Assembly: GCA_903919315.1 (NCBI GenBank) | Contig: CAIXHP010000042.1 | Span: forward strand, 24,884-88,883 | Source of the DNA: an uncultured Pseudomonadota bacterium | GTDB lineage: Bacteria > Pseudomonadota > Alphaproteobacteria > UBA9219 | DNA: 64,000 nt | Reading direction: 5' to 3' | In this document: positions 41,830-51,762 of the stretch, piece by piece | Layout of the letters: each line of letters starts with the position of its first letter | How positions within the stretch are numbered: position 1 is the stretch's first letter | Notes under the pieces: generated by a model | Database searches by the model: none | What the model saw: only the letters and a program-made list of their open reading frames with translations | What the model was told of the DNA's origin: nothing | Program-made: the position numbers and the translations under genes

Positions 41830-42963
41830 TCAGGCCTCCAACGCCGTCAGTTCGTCTTGATGCTGCAAGATATAGGAGGGATTCTTCCTCCAACTGTAGA
41901 CAAGGTCTTGCGCCAGTGCGGGAGTCAACCGGTCGAAGGCAGCCAGAGCATGGCTCAACTCGCGCGGATGAACGATTTGTTCGTCGGGGCGCGAGCCGCG
42001 CGACAGCAGGAAGATCGACACAAAGGTGGCCTTGTCGATGTCGAGCGCGCGGCAGAGCGCGGCCAACATGCGGCCCCCCGTTTCGCTGACGACCACGCCG
42101 ATAAGCGGCGGGTCGAGATGGCACATGCGGCCCAGCGCGAGGTTGAACAAACGGAAATGACCAAGGCGCAGCAACTGCGGCAATAGGCGCGGCGCGATGG
42201 CTTGGCGCTCTTCCAGCCAATTGAGCACACGGCCCATGGCGGCGTCCTCGTTGCGCTCCAGAATATGTTCGTTCAGTTTTTCGTTGATCGCTTTGGCCAA
42301 CGCCGCGTCGATCTGGCCCGCGCTGATGTTAAAGCGCTGCAGGGCTATGCGGCGCAAATCTTGCGCGATCCACCAGTACAGGCGCGTGGCCAGTTCCTGT
42401 GTCAGTTCCGGACGTTCAAGCACCGGCCTTTGCAGAGTCTGCGCCAGACGGCTGGCTTCGGCCAACGCGTCGATGGCGCGGGGGGAAAGTTTCGCGCCGA
42501 GATTTTCGGCGACAATCTGCATCACCTGAAGATCGTTGGTCGTGACCAGCGCGTCAGCGACCGCTTCGTTCAGGCTCTGCCGCGCCGCTACGACACAAGC
42601 GTGATCGCGGCCCTTCGTTTCGACTACGGTGATGAGATCGTCGTCGGTCAGCGCCGGATTGTTCAGCAAAACGTCGTGCGCGACATCGAGCGAATCGCAG
42701 GCAAAACCCATGGCCATCTTGCGCGGCATGCGCGCGGTGTCGGCGAAGCATTGCGCGAGCGCTTGCCGCACCGTGCTGCTTCCGGCCTTCAACAACAGGT
42801 CGATCAGTTCGTTGATCAGATCTTCCTCACGCGCCGTGAGGCTGACATCGTCCATCAGGAACAGGTCGGCCAGCTTGGAAGCAAGCGCAAGCCGCCCGCT
42901 CTCGCTGCGGTCGTGAGCCAGCTCCAGCAGTTCGGGCAAACGCTCTTGGACCTGAGCGTTCAT
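41830..42963 (-). CDS. DUF2336-family protein (alphaproteobacterial)
   Basis: 377 aa, helical-repeat composition, convergent with mrdA. The family assignment is from memory of DUF2336 and carries moderate confidence. Confidence 0.6.
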   Translation of the reverse strand: MNAQVQERLPELLELAHDRSESGRLALASKLADLFLMDDVSLTAREEDLINELIDLLLKAGSSTVRQALAQCFADTARMPRKMAMGFACDSLDVAHDVLLNNPALTDDDLITVVETKGRDHACVVAARQSLNEAVADALVTTNDLQVMQIVAENLGAKLSPRAIDALAEASRLAQTLQRPVLERPELTQELATRLYWWIAQDLRRIALQRFNISAGQIDAALAKAINEKLNEHILERNEDAAMGRVLNWLEERQAIAPRLLPQLLRLGHFRLFNLALGRMCHLDPPLIGVVVSETGGRMLAALCRALDIDKATFVSIFLLSRGSRPDEQIVHPRELSHALAAFDRLTPALAQDLVYSWRKNPSYILQHQDELTALEA

Positions 42964-43040
42964 GATGAGATTCCTGTTCTGACGGACTTCATAAAAAGAC
43001 CATTTGATTCAATAACCTGTAAAAACCAGTCTAATCCATA

Positions 43041-43361
43041 ATGCTTAACGCTTTGTTCATTGCGATCATGCAACAATTCGTGCAGAATGGTTTCACGGTG
43101 AGTGTCCGAAGTGAGGCCCCCATGCAAATAGTACCGCCGACCCTGCCCATCGTTTCCAACGCGCCGACGACGCAGCAGTCCATCAATCAGGTTCTGCCGA
43201 GCATTCAGGCTCAGGCTGTGGCCCCTATTGCGGCTCGCGCCATTGATCCTTCCCCGCGTTCCGGCCGCAACCAAAAGTCGCGCAGCAATGCGGACAAGGC
43301 TAAGGACGGCGCTGCCCCCGGCGGCGACAAGCGCGGCCACGCGGTTAACATCAGCGTCTGA
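43041..43361 (+). CDS. Small hypothetical protein (Pro/Ala/Gln-rich, basic C-terminus)
   Basis: An ORF only. It lies downstream of an AT-rich stretch and no domain is recognised. Confidence 0.35.
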   Translation: MLNALFIAIMQQFVQNGFTVSVRSEAPMQIVPPTLPIVSNAPTTQQSINQVLPSIQAQAVAPIAARAIDPSPRSGRNQKSRSNADKAKDGAAPGGDKRGHAVNISV

Positions 43362-43611
43362 TGCCGTCGAATTCCAAAAGAACGTTTCACTTTTCAACAT
43401 AATATCGCAGTCCTTTTCTTGCGAAGTGAGCAGAGCGCCTGTTTGTGCGGTGCGGCGATTTTGCTCAATATGTGCGGCGAACAACGTTTCCATGCCCTTA
43501 TAATAATACCTGACAAAGAAACTAAAGCATTGATTCTATAGTAAAAAATGTGTTAAATTGCCCAAAATTACGAACGAGCGGCATCTTCTTCCTGTTTTTG
43601 GGCAAAGCAGC

Positions 43612-44547
43612 ATGAAAAAAATTTTGCGCTTAGGAACGCGGGGTAGCCCGTTGGCTTTGGCCCAGGCCCAAAGCGTCCGTCAAAGCCTTTTGCGGTGCTG
43701 TCCCGACAGCGATTTTGATGTCGAAATCGTGCCGATCCGCACGACCGGCGATTGGCGGCCTGAACAGAAAGAACGCACCTTTCTGGATATGGGCGGCAAC
43801 AAAGGCCTGTTCACCAAGGAAATCGAAGAAGCTTTGCTGGAAGGCGTGATCGATCTGGCCGCGCATTCCATGAAGGACGTGCCGACGGTCGTGCCGGACG
43901 GCTTGGAATTCGCCGCGCTGTTGGAACGCGCCGACCCGCGCGATGCGTTTCTGTCGAACAAGGCACGGACGTTGGACGAGCTGCCGCCGGGAGCCTGCGT
44001 CGGCACCGCGAGTTTGCGCCGTCAATCGCAAATTCGCGCCCTCCGTCCCGATCTGCGCGTTGAGCCGCTGCGCGGCAATGTCGAAACGCGTCTGCGTAAA
44101 CTGGAAGAAGGCGTAGCCGACGCGACCATTCTGGCCGTAGCTGGGCTGACGCGCTTGGGTTTGCTGGAACGCGCCAAATCTATTCTGGATGTCGGTGTTA
44201 TGTTGCCCGCCGTCGCGCAGGGCGCTATCGGAGTCGAGACGCGGCGCGGCGATGCGGCGTTGCACGAGGTGCTGGCCGCGATCAATCACGCCCCTACCAT
44301 GACATGCGTGACGGCCGAACGTGCCATGCTGAACGTGCTGGACGGTTCCTGCCGCACGCCCATCGCGGCCTTGGCGCGGTTACAGCCGGACGGACGTTTG
44401 ACGCTGGAAGGACTTGTGGCAAAGCCGGACGGCTCGGCGGTGTTCCGCCAGCGTCAAGACGGCGCGGCAGCCGATGCCGAAAATATCGGACGTGAATTGG
44501 GGTTGGCCTTAAAGCGATCCCTGCCGCCTGATTTTCTGGTGGCATGA
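43612..44547 (+). CDS. hemC: Hydroxymethylbilane synthase (porphobilinogen deaminase)
   Basis: MKKILRLGTRGSPLALAQAQ and the dipyrromethane cofactor region. The start is M19 of the track ORF. Confidence 0.9.
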   Translation: MKKILRLGTRGSPLALAQAQSVRQSLLRCCPDSDFDVEIVPIRTTGDWRPEQKERTFLDMGGNKGLFTKEIEEALLEGVIDLAAHSMKDVPTVVPDGLEFAALLERADPRDAFLSNKARTLDELPPGACVGTASLRRQSQIRALRPDLRVEPLRGNVETRLRKLEEGVADATILAVAGLTRLGLLERAKSILDVGVMLPAVAQGAIGVETRRGDAALHEVLAAINHAPTMTCVTAERAMLNVLDGSCRTPIAALARLQPDGRLTLEGLVAKPDGSAVFRQRQDGAAADAENIGRELGLALKRSLPPDFLVA

Positions 44548-45320
44548 CGCGCACGGTTCTCATCACCCGCCCTCTGACCGCCACGGCGCGGCTGGACGCG
44601 ATGTTGCGAGGATGCGGCTATCGCACGCTGATCGAGCCGATGCTGACCATCGTGCCGACGGAAAGCGCGAGGCCGGAAGTCCCGTCCATCGATGCCGTCA
44701 TGCTGACAAGCGCAAACGCCTGCACGGCGTTAGAGGCGCAACACGCCAACACGCGCGATCTTCTGACCAAGCCCTGTTTCTGCGTTGGCCCCCACACGGC
44801 AAGCGCGGCGGAAGCGCTAGGTTTTCGCCACATCATAAGTGGGGAGGGGAGCGGCGCGGACTTGGCGCGATTGATCCTGACGCAGCATTTTTCGGATAAA
44901 ACCGAGCCGCAAGGCTGGTCGATCCGGTCGGCGCACGCGGGCCGCATTCTCCACATTTGCGGCGAGGATATAGCGCCTGCCGCGCACGACGAATTGAGGA
45001 CAGCCGGATACGCTGTCACTGTCTGGCCGGTCTATCGGGCCGAGCCTGCCACGGCGTTTTCGCCTGTCTTGCTGGAGTATTTGGGACGGGGACTGTTGGA
45101 TGCGGCCCTGTTTTTCTCGCCGCGCACCGCCGCCGTGTTTGTCGATCTGGCGGCGCGGCACGAGCTTCAGGCTTGCTGCGGCGGTCTAACCGCGATAGGC
45201 TTGAGCGAAGCCGTTATCGCTGCCGCCCGTCCCATCGCATGGCGACAGCTGGCGGCAGCGGAAACACCCACGGAAGATGCCGTGGTCGCCTGCCTGCAAC
45301 GCACTTGTCCGGTCTCTTGA
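44544..45320 (+). CDS. hemD: Uroporphyrinogen-III synthase
   Basis: It overlaps hemC by 4 bp; 258 aa with a HemD-like composition. Confidence 0.8.
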   Translation: MTRTVLITRPLTATARLDAMLRGCGYRTLIEPMLTIVPTESARPEVPSIDAVMLTSANACTALEAQHANTRDLLTKPCFCVGPHTASAAEALGFRHIISGEGSGADLARLILTQHFSDKTEPQGWSIRSAHAGRILHICGEDIAPAAHDELRTAGYAVTVWPVYRAEPATAFSPVLLEYLGRGLLDAALFFSPRTAAVFVDLAARHELQACCGGLTAIGLSEAVIAAARPIAWRQLAAAETPTEDAVVACLQRTCPVS

Positions 45321-45328
45321 GGAACATC

Positions 45329-46330
45329 ATGTCTCAATCCGGCGACACGCCGCCTCTCGCGCTTCCCCCCGCGTCCACAAAGTCCAAGGGCCGCCGTTTG
45401 CTCTTTTTGGGCTTCGCGATGGTGGTGTCGATGATTCTAGGCGCTTCGGCGCTCACCATCCTTTGGTACAAAGTGCGCGAAGAGCAGGCGTGGAACGTCC
45501 CTGTCCAGAACACCGTCGACACGTCGCGTTTGACGGACTTGGAGGAAAAAATCCGCACGGTCGAAGGACAGTTGAACGCCTTGTCCGAGCGGTTGGAGAA
45601 CGTCGAACTGGCAAAGCCGGTGGAACCTGCCGACGAAGCCGCGCCGCGCACCACGGGAATGTCCGCCGAAGCCGCCAACGACATCGCCCTGTTGAAGGCC
45701 GAAATCGCGGCGCTGCAGGCCCAATTGAAACAAACGACGCAAACGGCGGATCAAATCCGCAACGCGGCGTTGTCCTCGCAGAACGCGACGCAAACGTCGC
45801 TGGGCGCTATTGTAGCTCTGACGCAAGCGCGTGCCGTGGCCTCCACCGGCGAGGGTTTCGCGCGCGAATGGCAGATGTTGCGCCAATTCGCCGGAAACGA
45901 CGCTGTGCTGCAAGAGACTCTCAAATCGCTGGAGCCGATGGCGGCCAAAGGCGCGCCGAGCCTTCCTCTGCTGCGCGAGTCGTTCACGGCTTTGTCCGAC
46001 GCGGCGCAAGCGGCGGCGCATAAGGCGGAAGCGCAAGATTGGGTGGATCGCCTGCTGACCGCGTTGCGTGGTCTTGTGTCCATCCGTCCCCTGCATCCGG
46101 TGATGGGCGAAGCTGACCTCTATGGCGCGATCGAATCCGACCTTGCGCACCATCGTCTGGCGACGGCGCTTGAAAAAGAAAGCAATCTGCCGCAAGCGGC
46201 GCGGGACGTGTTGAAAGACTGGCGCGGTCAGGCTGAGTCGCGTCTCTTGTTGGAGTCGCTGTTCACGGATGTTGCCGAGCATTTGGTGCCGCGCCCCGCC
46301 GCGCCCGCGACCTTGCCGCAGGAGCCGTGA
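45329..46330 (+). CDS. HemX-like/COG4223 membrane-anchored coiled-coil protein
   Basis: It follows hemD. A single N-terminal transmembrane segment (LLFLGFAMVVSMILGASALTILWY) is followed by long coiled-coil segments. The track ORF has a spurious N-terminal extension antisense to hemD. Confidence 0.7.
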   Translation: MSQSGDTPPLALPPASTKSKGRRLLFLGFAMVVSMILGASALTILWYKVREEQAWNVPVQNTVDTSRLTDLEEKIRTVEGQLNALSERLENVELAKPVEPADEAAPRTTGMSAEAANDIALLKAEIAALQAQLKQTTQTADQIRNAALSSQNATQTSLGAIVALTQARAVASTGEGFAREWQMLRQFAGNDAVLQETLKSLEPMAAKGAPSLPLLRESFTALSDAAQAAAHKAEAQDWVDRLLTALRGLVSIRPLHPVMGEADLYGAIESDLAHHRLATALEKESNLPQAARDVLKDWRGQAESRLLLESLFTDVAEHLVPRPAAPATLPQEP

Positions 46331-47673
46331 TGCGGCTGTTCGGCTTCATCCTGCGTCTGGCGGTTGCCGTTGGGTTGGTGGTCTGGCTGGCCCTCAGCCC
46401 CGGAACGGCGCGGATCGTCTGGCACGATTACGTCATCGACACTTCGGCGGCGGTTCTCATTCTGGCGCTGCTGGCCGTGGCCTTTGTCGTCGCGACATTC
46501 TACCGCGTCTGGCGTTTCGTCAAAGACGGCCCGACCGTCTGGCGTTTGCGCAAGATGCTGCGTCGGCAAAAACAGGGGCAAGACTTTCTGACGCAAGGCC
46601 TCGTGGCCATCGCGGCGGGCGACGCGGTGGAGGCCGGACGACTGGCCGTTGCGTCGCGGCGGCTGTTGGGCGCTACGACGGCGACGCGCCTGTTGCAAGC
46701 GCAAGCGGCGCAATTGGCGGGCGATCATCGCGTCGCGCATGATATATTTCTGGCGTTGGCCGCCGCGCCGGACAGCGCGGTGCTGGGCTATCGCGGTCTC
46801 ATCATGGCGGCGCTGCGCGAACAAAAATGGGACGAAGCGGATCAGCAGATCGAAAAATTGCGCCGCCTGAAACCGAAAACGCCGTGGCTCGCGCTGGTGC
46901 AATTTGAAATGGCCACGCGTCGTCATCGTTGGCGCGAAGCGGGCGAGGCATTGGCTCAGGCGACGGCGGCGCGTTTGCTCGACGCGCCGCGCGCCAAGCG
47001 GCACAAGGCGGCGCTGTTGCTCGCCGCTTCCGGAACGGAGACGAGCCAAGGCCGCCACGACCGCGCCCTGCCTTTGGCCGAGCAAGCGCATCACCAAGCG
47101 CCCGACTGGCTGCCCGCCGTCATCGCGTTGGCCGAAGCGCAGCGAGCAACAGGGCATGACCGCGCGGCGCGGCGCACGATCGAAAAAACATGGGGCGCTA
47201 CGCCGCATGCGCCGCTCGCGACGTTGTACGGGGCCATGAACCGCAACGACGGCGCATTGGACGCTTACAAGCAAATCGAGCGTTTAACCCGCGCCCAGCC
47301 CGACCACACCGTTAGCCGAATGGCCATGGCCGAAGCGGCCTTGGCCGCTGATCTGTGGGGCGAAGCGCGGCGGCATCTGCTGGCATTGGCGCAGCGCAAA
47401 GACGCAACGCAAGCGGTGTTCCGTTGCTTGGCGAAACTGGAGCGCCGCGAATCCGGCAACGAACCGGCGGCGGCGCAATGGCTGATGAAAGCCGCCGAAG
47501 CTTTGCCCGATCCGCGCTGGCTGTGCACGCGCTGCGGCGGTGCACATGACGCATGGCGGCCCCTCTGCGCGTCATGCGGCGCGTTCAACAGCCTCGAATG
47601 GCAAACGCCGGGTGTCAGCCGTTACGCGGGCCACGCGGATTTGTCGAGTCCGGCGCTGGAGTTCTTGTCATGA
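46327..47673 (+). CDS. hemY: HemY-like TPR membrane protein with a C-terminal zinc ribbon
   Basis: A HemY N-domain with transmembrane helices, then TPR-like repeats and a terminal CTRCGGAHDAWRPLCASCGAFNSLEW. Confidence 0.8.
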   Translation: MMRLFGFILRLAVAVGLVVWLALSPGTARIVWHDYVIDTSAAVLILALLAVAFVVATFYRVWRFVKDGPTVWRLRKMLRRQKQGQDFLTQGLVAIAAGDAVEAGRLAVASRRLLGATTATRLLQAQAAQLAGDHRVAHDIFLALAAAPDSAVLGYRGLIMAALREQKWDEADQQIEKLRRLKPKTPWLALVQFEMATRRHRWREAGEALAQATAARLLDAPRAKRHKAALLLAASGTETSQGRHDRALPLAEQAHHQAPDWLPAVIALAEAQRATGHDRAARRTIEKTWGATPHAPLATLYGAMNRNDGALDAYKQIERLTRAQPDHTVSRMAMAEAALAADLWGEARRHLLALAQRKDATQAVFRCLAKLERRESGNEPAAAQWLMKAAEALPDPRWLCTRCGGAHDAWRPLCASCGAFNSLEWQTPGVSRYAGHADLSSPALEFLS

Positions 47674-48320
47674 GTATGACGGCGGAAAGATACGAAGAGG
47701 ACGACATGCTCATGCCAACCCCGCCCGTTCCGGCCGAAGGCCTGACTGTGGCCGTGTTCGATTTCGACAGCACGCTGGTGAAGGGCGACAGCCTGTGGCC
47801 GTTTCTGGTCGCGGTGGCGGGATGGCCTCAGGCCATCGTGTCGTTGCTGGCGGCGCTGCTGCGCTTAACGTTCCGGCTTCGCAGCCGCACCGACGCGCGG
47901 ACGTACATCAAAGACCAACTGTTGTGGATGGTGTTGGCGGGGCAGCGCGAATCCGATCTGGCGCGGGCGGTCGCGCGGATGAGGCGCTGGCCGCGCTGGA
48001 TCGCGCCAAGCCTGCGCGCGCTCAAGGAACACTACGCCGCCGGTCATCATATCGTGATCGCGTCCGGCGGTCTGGATATCTACCTTCCGGCGCTGCTCAA
48101 GAATGTCCCCTATCACGCCTTGATCTGCACCGAGATGGAGGTCGTCAACGGCACGGTAACGGGGCGGTCCAGCACGGGCAATTGCGTACGCGCGAGCAAA
48201 GCGGCGCGGGTGGCGCGTTATCTGAAAAGCTTGGGGCCGCTGGAGGACAGCTGGGCCTACGGCAATCTTCCCCACGACTTGCCTATGATGCGGCTGGTTC
48301 AACATCGCGTGATTGTTTGA
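47670..48320 (+). CDS. HAD-IB family hydrolase (SerB-like)
   Basis: The DFDSTL motif I. Its ATG overlaps the hemY stop (ATGA). Confidence 0.7.
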   Translation: MSMTAERYEEDDMLMPTPPVPAEGLTVAVFDFDSTLVKGDSLWPFLVAVAGWPQAIVSLLAALLRLTFRLRSRTDARTYIKDQLLWMVLAGQRESDLARAVARMRRWPRWIAPSLRALKEHYAAGHHIVIASGGLDIYLPALLKNVPYHALICTEMEVVNGTVTGRSSTGNCVRASKAARVARYLKSLGPLEDSWAYGNLPHDLPMMRLVQHRVIV

Positions 48321-48399
48321 AGCCAGCGCCGGACTGTGCTAAGAATATCGTACAAACGCGGTATGCGTTTGCTAACCTGTTGATTTATGGAGGAATAGA

Positions 48400-49002
48400 A
48401 TGGCGGTTCTCGTTGGTAAGGCAGCCCCCGATTTCACGGCGACGGCGGTGATGGGCAACAACGAAATCAATGAAAAATTCAATCTCAAGGCGCATCTGAA
48501 AGGCAAACACGGCCTTTTGTTCTTTTACCCCCTCGATTTTACCTTTGTGTGCCCGTCGGAAATTCTGGCGTTCGATCATCGCCATGATGAATTTAAGTCG
48601 CGCGGCACCGAAGTGATCGCCGTGTCGGTCGATTCCCAATTCACGCATCTGGCGTGGAAGAACACGCCGGTGAACAAGGGCGGACTTGGCCCCGTTCGCT
48701 TTCCGATGGTCGCCGATCTTACCAAACAGATTGCCCGCGACTATGACGTTCTGACCGGCGACGCGGTGGCGCTGCGCGGCACCTTCCTCATCGACCGCGA
48801 AGGCATTGTGCGCCATCAGGTTGTGAATGATCTGCCGTTGGGCCGCAATGTGGACGAAGCCCTCCGCATGGTCGACGCGCTCCAGTTCTTTGAGCAACAC
48901 GGCGAAGTCTGTCCTGCGGGATGGAACAAGGGCAAGGAAGGCATGAAAGCCACGCCCGAAGGCGTCGCCGCGTATCTGTCCCAGCACGGCACGGAATTGT
49001 AA
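48400..49002 (+). CDS. Typical 2-Cys peroxiredoxin (AhpC/Prx1 type)
   Basis: FTFVCPSE for the peroxidatic Cys and EVCPAGW for the resolving Cys. Confidence 0.92.
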   Translation: MAVLVGKAAPDFTATAVMGNNEINEKFNLKAHLKGKHGLLFFYPLDFTFVCPSEILAFDHRHDEFKSRGTEVIAVSVDSQFTHLAWKNTPVNKGGLGPVRFPMVADLTKQIARDYDVLTGDAVALRGTFLIDREGIVRHQVVNDLPLGRNVDEALRMVDALQFFEQHGEVCPAGWNKGKEGMKATPEGVAAYLSQHGTEL

Positions 49003-49016
49003 GAAAACGTTCGGCC

Positions 49017-49047
49017 AGTCCCTCCCCGATGGGGGAGGGACTTTCTT
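49017..49047. terminator. Bidirectional intrinsic terminator hairpin (AGTCCCTCCCC-GAT-GGGGGAGGGACT) flanked by T/A runs
   Basis: Read directly; it lies between the convergent peroxiredoxin and cspA genes. It shares the CCCTCCCC...GGGGAGGG core with the 30151..30476 repeats. Confidence 0.7.
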
Positions 49048-49057
49048 GGCGCGATGA

Positions 49058-49264
49058 TTAGGCGGCTTTGCGCAGAGCGACGGCGGCTTCGCGGCCGTTC
49101 TTGCCCATGCTCATTTCAAACTCGACGATCTCACCCTGATCCAGACCGGGCAGACCCGCTTTCTGCACTTCAGAGATGTGGACAAACACGTCCTTCTCCG
49201 CGCCATCAGGGGCAATAAAGCCATAGCCTTTGGTGGCATTAAACCATTTGACCGTTCCACGCAT
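49058..49264 (-). CDS. cspA: Cold-shock protein (CspA family)
   Basis: [17 protein letters not shown]...VFVHISEV; 68 aa from M19 of the track ORF. It has a long 5' UTR, typical for csp genes. Confidence 0.9.
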   Translation of the reverse strand: MRGTVKWFNATKGYGFIAPDGAEKDVFVHISEVQKAGLPGLDQGEIVEFEMSMGKNGREAAVALRKAA

Positions 49265-49483
49265 CGTCCACACGTCCTTCATCCAGAGGTCGCGAGATTG
49301 CGGATCGCAACCGAACATCCGGCAAGCGGACGTGCCGCCTGCTTGTCGCCGCGCAAAACCGCGCGCGGCTTGAACAACGATTTACCGATAAGACGCAGTT
49401 CGTGATTCGGCAAGAGCCCGCAAACGAAAGAAGCGCCTTGGTTGCCCAAGGCGCTTCGCTTTCGTGACGCGTAGCCGTGAAGC

Positions 49484-50254
49484 TTAGCGACGGTCGCCCA
49501 TCAGGCTCAACAAGAACTGAAAGGCGTTGATGAAGTTGATGTAAAGATGCAACGCGCCGACGATGGCGGACTTGTTGTTGGCTTCCGCGCCCCATCCTTC
49601 GGCGTAGGTCAGCTTGATGTTCTGCACGTCATAGGCGGTCAGGCCGGTAAAGACCACCACGCCGATAACGGACACGATCCATTGCATCATCGGCGAAGGG
49701 CCGGACGAAAATGCGGAGAGGAGGTAATTGACGCAGGTCGCGATAAAGATGCCCAACACGCCCATCATCATGAACGCGCCAAAGTTCGTCAGGTCTTTCT
49801 TCGTCGTATAGCCCCACAGGCTCATGGCACCGAATGTCGCGCTGGTGACGAAAAAGGCCCGAACGACGCTGACATCGGTATAGGCCATAAAGATCCAGCC
49901 CAGCGAAAGCCCCATCAGCGTGCTGAAAATCCAGAACCGCGTCTGGGCGCTGGAGGCCGACAGGTTTTGGAAGTTCATGCCGAAGATCAGGAACGCTAAC
50001 GGTGCCAGCATCACCACGATTTGCAACGGCGAGCCGTAGATAAGCTGTGCCAAGGCCGTATGGGCCACGATGTAAGCGGCCAGACCCGTCACGGCCAATC
50101 CGCCCGCCATATAGTTAAACACGCGCTGCATATGTGCGCGCAGCCCCGCATCGTAACTGACGCGGTCGCCGACGCCGACGCCAGCGACATTGGTACGGAA
50201 GAAGGGGTCAACCATGTTTCTGCCTCGCATAGTGGTTAGGAAACGATGTTGCAT
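49484..50254 (-). CDS. Bax inhibitor-1/YccA-family membrane protein
   Basis: A seven-transmembrane BI-1 pattern with a charged C-terminus. The start could be an internal Met. Confidence 0.8.
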   Translation of the reverse strand: MQHRFLTTMRGRNMVDPFFRTNVAGVGVGDRVSYDAGLRAHMQRVFNYMAGGLAVTGLAAYIVAHTALAQLIYGSPLQIVVMLAPLAFLIFGMNFQNLSASSAQTRFWIFSTLMGLSLGWIFMAYTDVSVVRAFFVTSATFGAMSLWGYTTKKDLTNFGAFMMMGVLGIFIATCVNYLLSAFSSGPSPMMQWIVSVIGVVVFTGLTAYDVQNIKLTYAEGWGAEANNKSAIVGALHLYINFINAFQFLLSLMGDRR

Positions 50255-50315
50255 ATTAGGGGGCGTTCGGTTCCGTTTTCAATAGCAAACGGAAATCGTC
50301 ATACAAAACAAGCGG

Positions 50316-51551
50316 CTAACCCGTTTTTGGAGTGGGGAATGGTGCCGTGTCCCGTTCGCCCATCGCGACGCGCATGAAAAAGCGCCGCACCGGCCCGATG
50401 TGTTGGACAAGTCCGAGCCCGAACCGCCGCGCCGTTTGCACCGGCGGAATGGCGTTGGAAAACAAGCGCACCAGCAAATCCATCCCCAACACCATCGCGC
50501 CGTTGTCAAAGCGTCGGGCGTGTTCATAGCGGCGGAGAATATCGGGATGGCCGAGGTCAAGCCCCAACCGCGTCGCGCGGACAAGTTCATCGCGGAGCGC
50601 CGCGATGTCGCGCATGCCGAGATTTAAGCCCTGCCCCGCGATAGGGTGAATCCCATGCGCCGCCTCGCTGACAAGCGCGAAGCGCGGCGCGGTCAAACGC
50701 TTGGCGCGGCGCAGGTTGAGCGGATAGGCAAAGCGCGGCCCTTCAAGCCGAACGCGCCCCAGCCACGCGCCGACTTTCTCCTGTAGCGCTGCGGTAAAGG
50801 CGGCTTCGTCGCAGGTCATCAACGCTTGCGCCGCCGCCGTCTGTTCGCTCCATACGAGTGAGCTGCGGTGCGTCAACCCATCGTGTCCCCGCCGCGCGTC
50901 CGTCATGGGCAGCGTCGCCAACGGCCCGCCGGGCAGAAAATTTTCAACCGCGATATTGTCGTGCGGAATTTCATGCAGCAGCGTGGCGACGATGGCGGTC
51001 TGGCCATAGTCCCAACCATAGGAACCGATCCCCGCTTGTTCGCGGCTGGCCGAGCGCCGCCCATCCGCGCCGACCGCCAGTTGCGCCGTCACCACACGGC
51101 CATCCGTCAGCGTCACGCGAGCTTGCAGCGCTCCGCAATCCAGCGTCGCCATCTGCGCCGGAGCGAGGACGCGCACATGGCGCTTCAACTCCGCGATACG
51201 TTCCTCCAACGCGCGCCGCAGTGTGCGATTGTCGACGATCCAGCCGAAAGGAGCCGCGCCGACTTCGTGATGGAGAAAGGAGAGAGAAGGGGGGCTGTCC
51301 TGATCCGCGACATGAATGCGCAGGATCGGGCAAGCGTCGCGCTCGATCTTGTCCCACACCCCGCAAGCGGCCAGAACCTGCTGCGGGCCATAGGCGATGG
51401 CCGTCGTGCGCCCATCATGGGCCGCCGAACGCGTCCGGCTTGGTGCTTCGCGCTCAAGGCAGACAACGTCAATCCCCGCCGCCCCAAGGCTGGCCGCCAA
51501 CGTCAATCCACCCAACCCACCGCCGACAATGACGACTTCGCAGGCTATCAA
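50316..51551 (-). CDS. UbiH/UbiF/VisC/COQ6-family FAD-dependent ubiquinone-biosynthesis hydroxylase
   Basis: VVIVGGGLGGLTLA for the FAD motif, plus the DG and GD motifs typical of the family. Confidence 0.85.
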   Translation of the reverse strand: MIACEVVIVGGGLGGLTLAASLGAAGIDVVCLEREAPSRTRSAAHDGRTTAIAYGPQQVLAACGVWDKIERDACPILRIHVADQDSPPSLSFLHHEVGAAPFGWIVDNRTLRRALEERIAELKRHVRVLAPAQMATLDCGALQARVTLTDGRVVTAQLAVGADGRRSASREQAGIGSYGWDYGQTAIVATLLHEIPHDNIAVENFLPGGPLATLPMTDARRGHDGLTHRSSLVWSEQTAAAQALMTCDEAAFTAALQEKVGAWLGRVRLEGPRFAYPLNLRRAKRLTAPRFALVSEAAHGIHPIAGQGLNLGMRDIAALRDELVRATRLGLDLGHPDILRRYEHARRFDNGAMVLGMDLLVRLFSNAIPPVQTARRFGLGLVQHIGPVRRFFMRVAMGERDTAPFPTPKTG

Positions 51552-51602
51552 TAGAACCCTCCTGCTAAACAGAAAATGTCCGATACCGATGCGGCTGTTA
51601 TT

Positions 51603-51679
51603 TGGCGGACCCGACGCGATTCGAACGCGTGACCTCTGCCTTCGGAGGGCAGCACTCTATCCAGCTGAGCTACGGGTCC
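51603..51679 (-). tRNA. tRNA-Arg (anticodon CCG)
   Basis: The reverse complement GGACCCGTAGCTCAGCTGGATAGAGTGCTGCCCTCCGAAGGCAGAGGTCACGCGTTCGAATCGCGTCGGGTCCGCCA folds as a cloverleaf with anticodon loop CTCCGAA and an encoded CCA. Confidence 0.85.
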
Positions 51680-51762
51680 TTGATGGAGCGGGGCTAACAT
51701 AGGGGAAAATGTGGGCGAGCGCGAGTCGGTTTTGCGGGCCGCCAAATCCTTGTGAATCCGGC

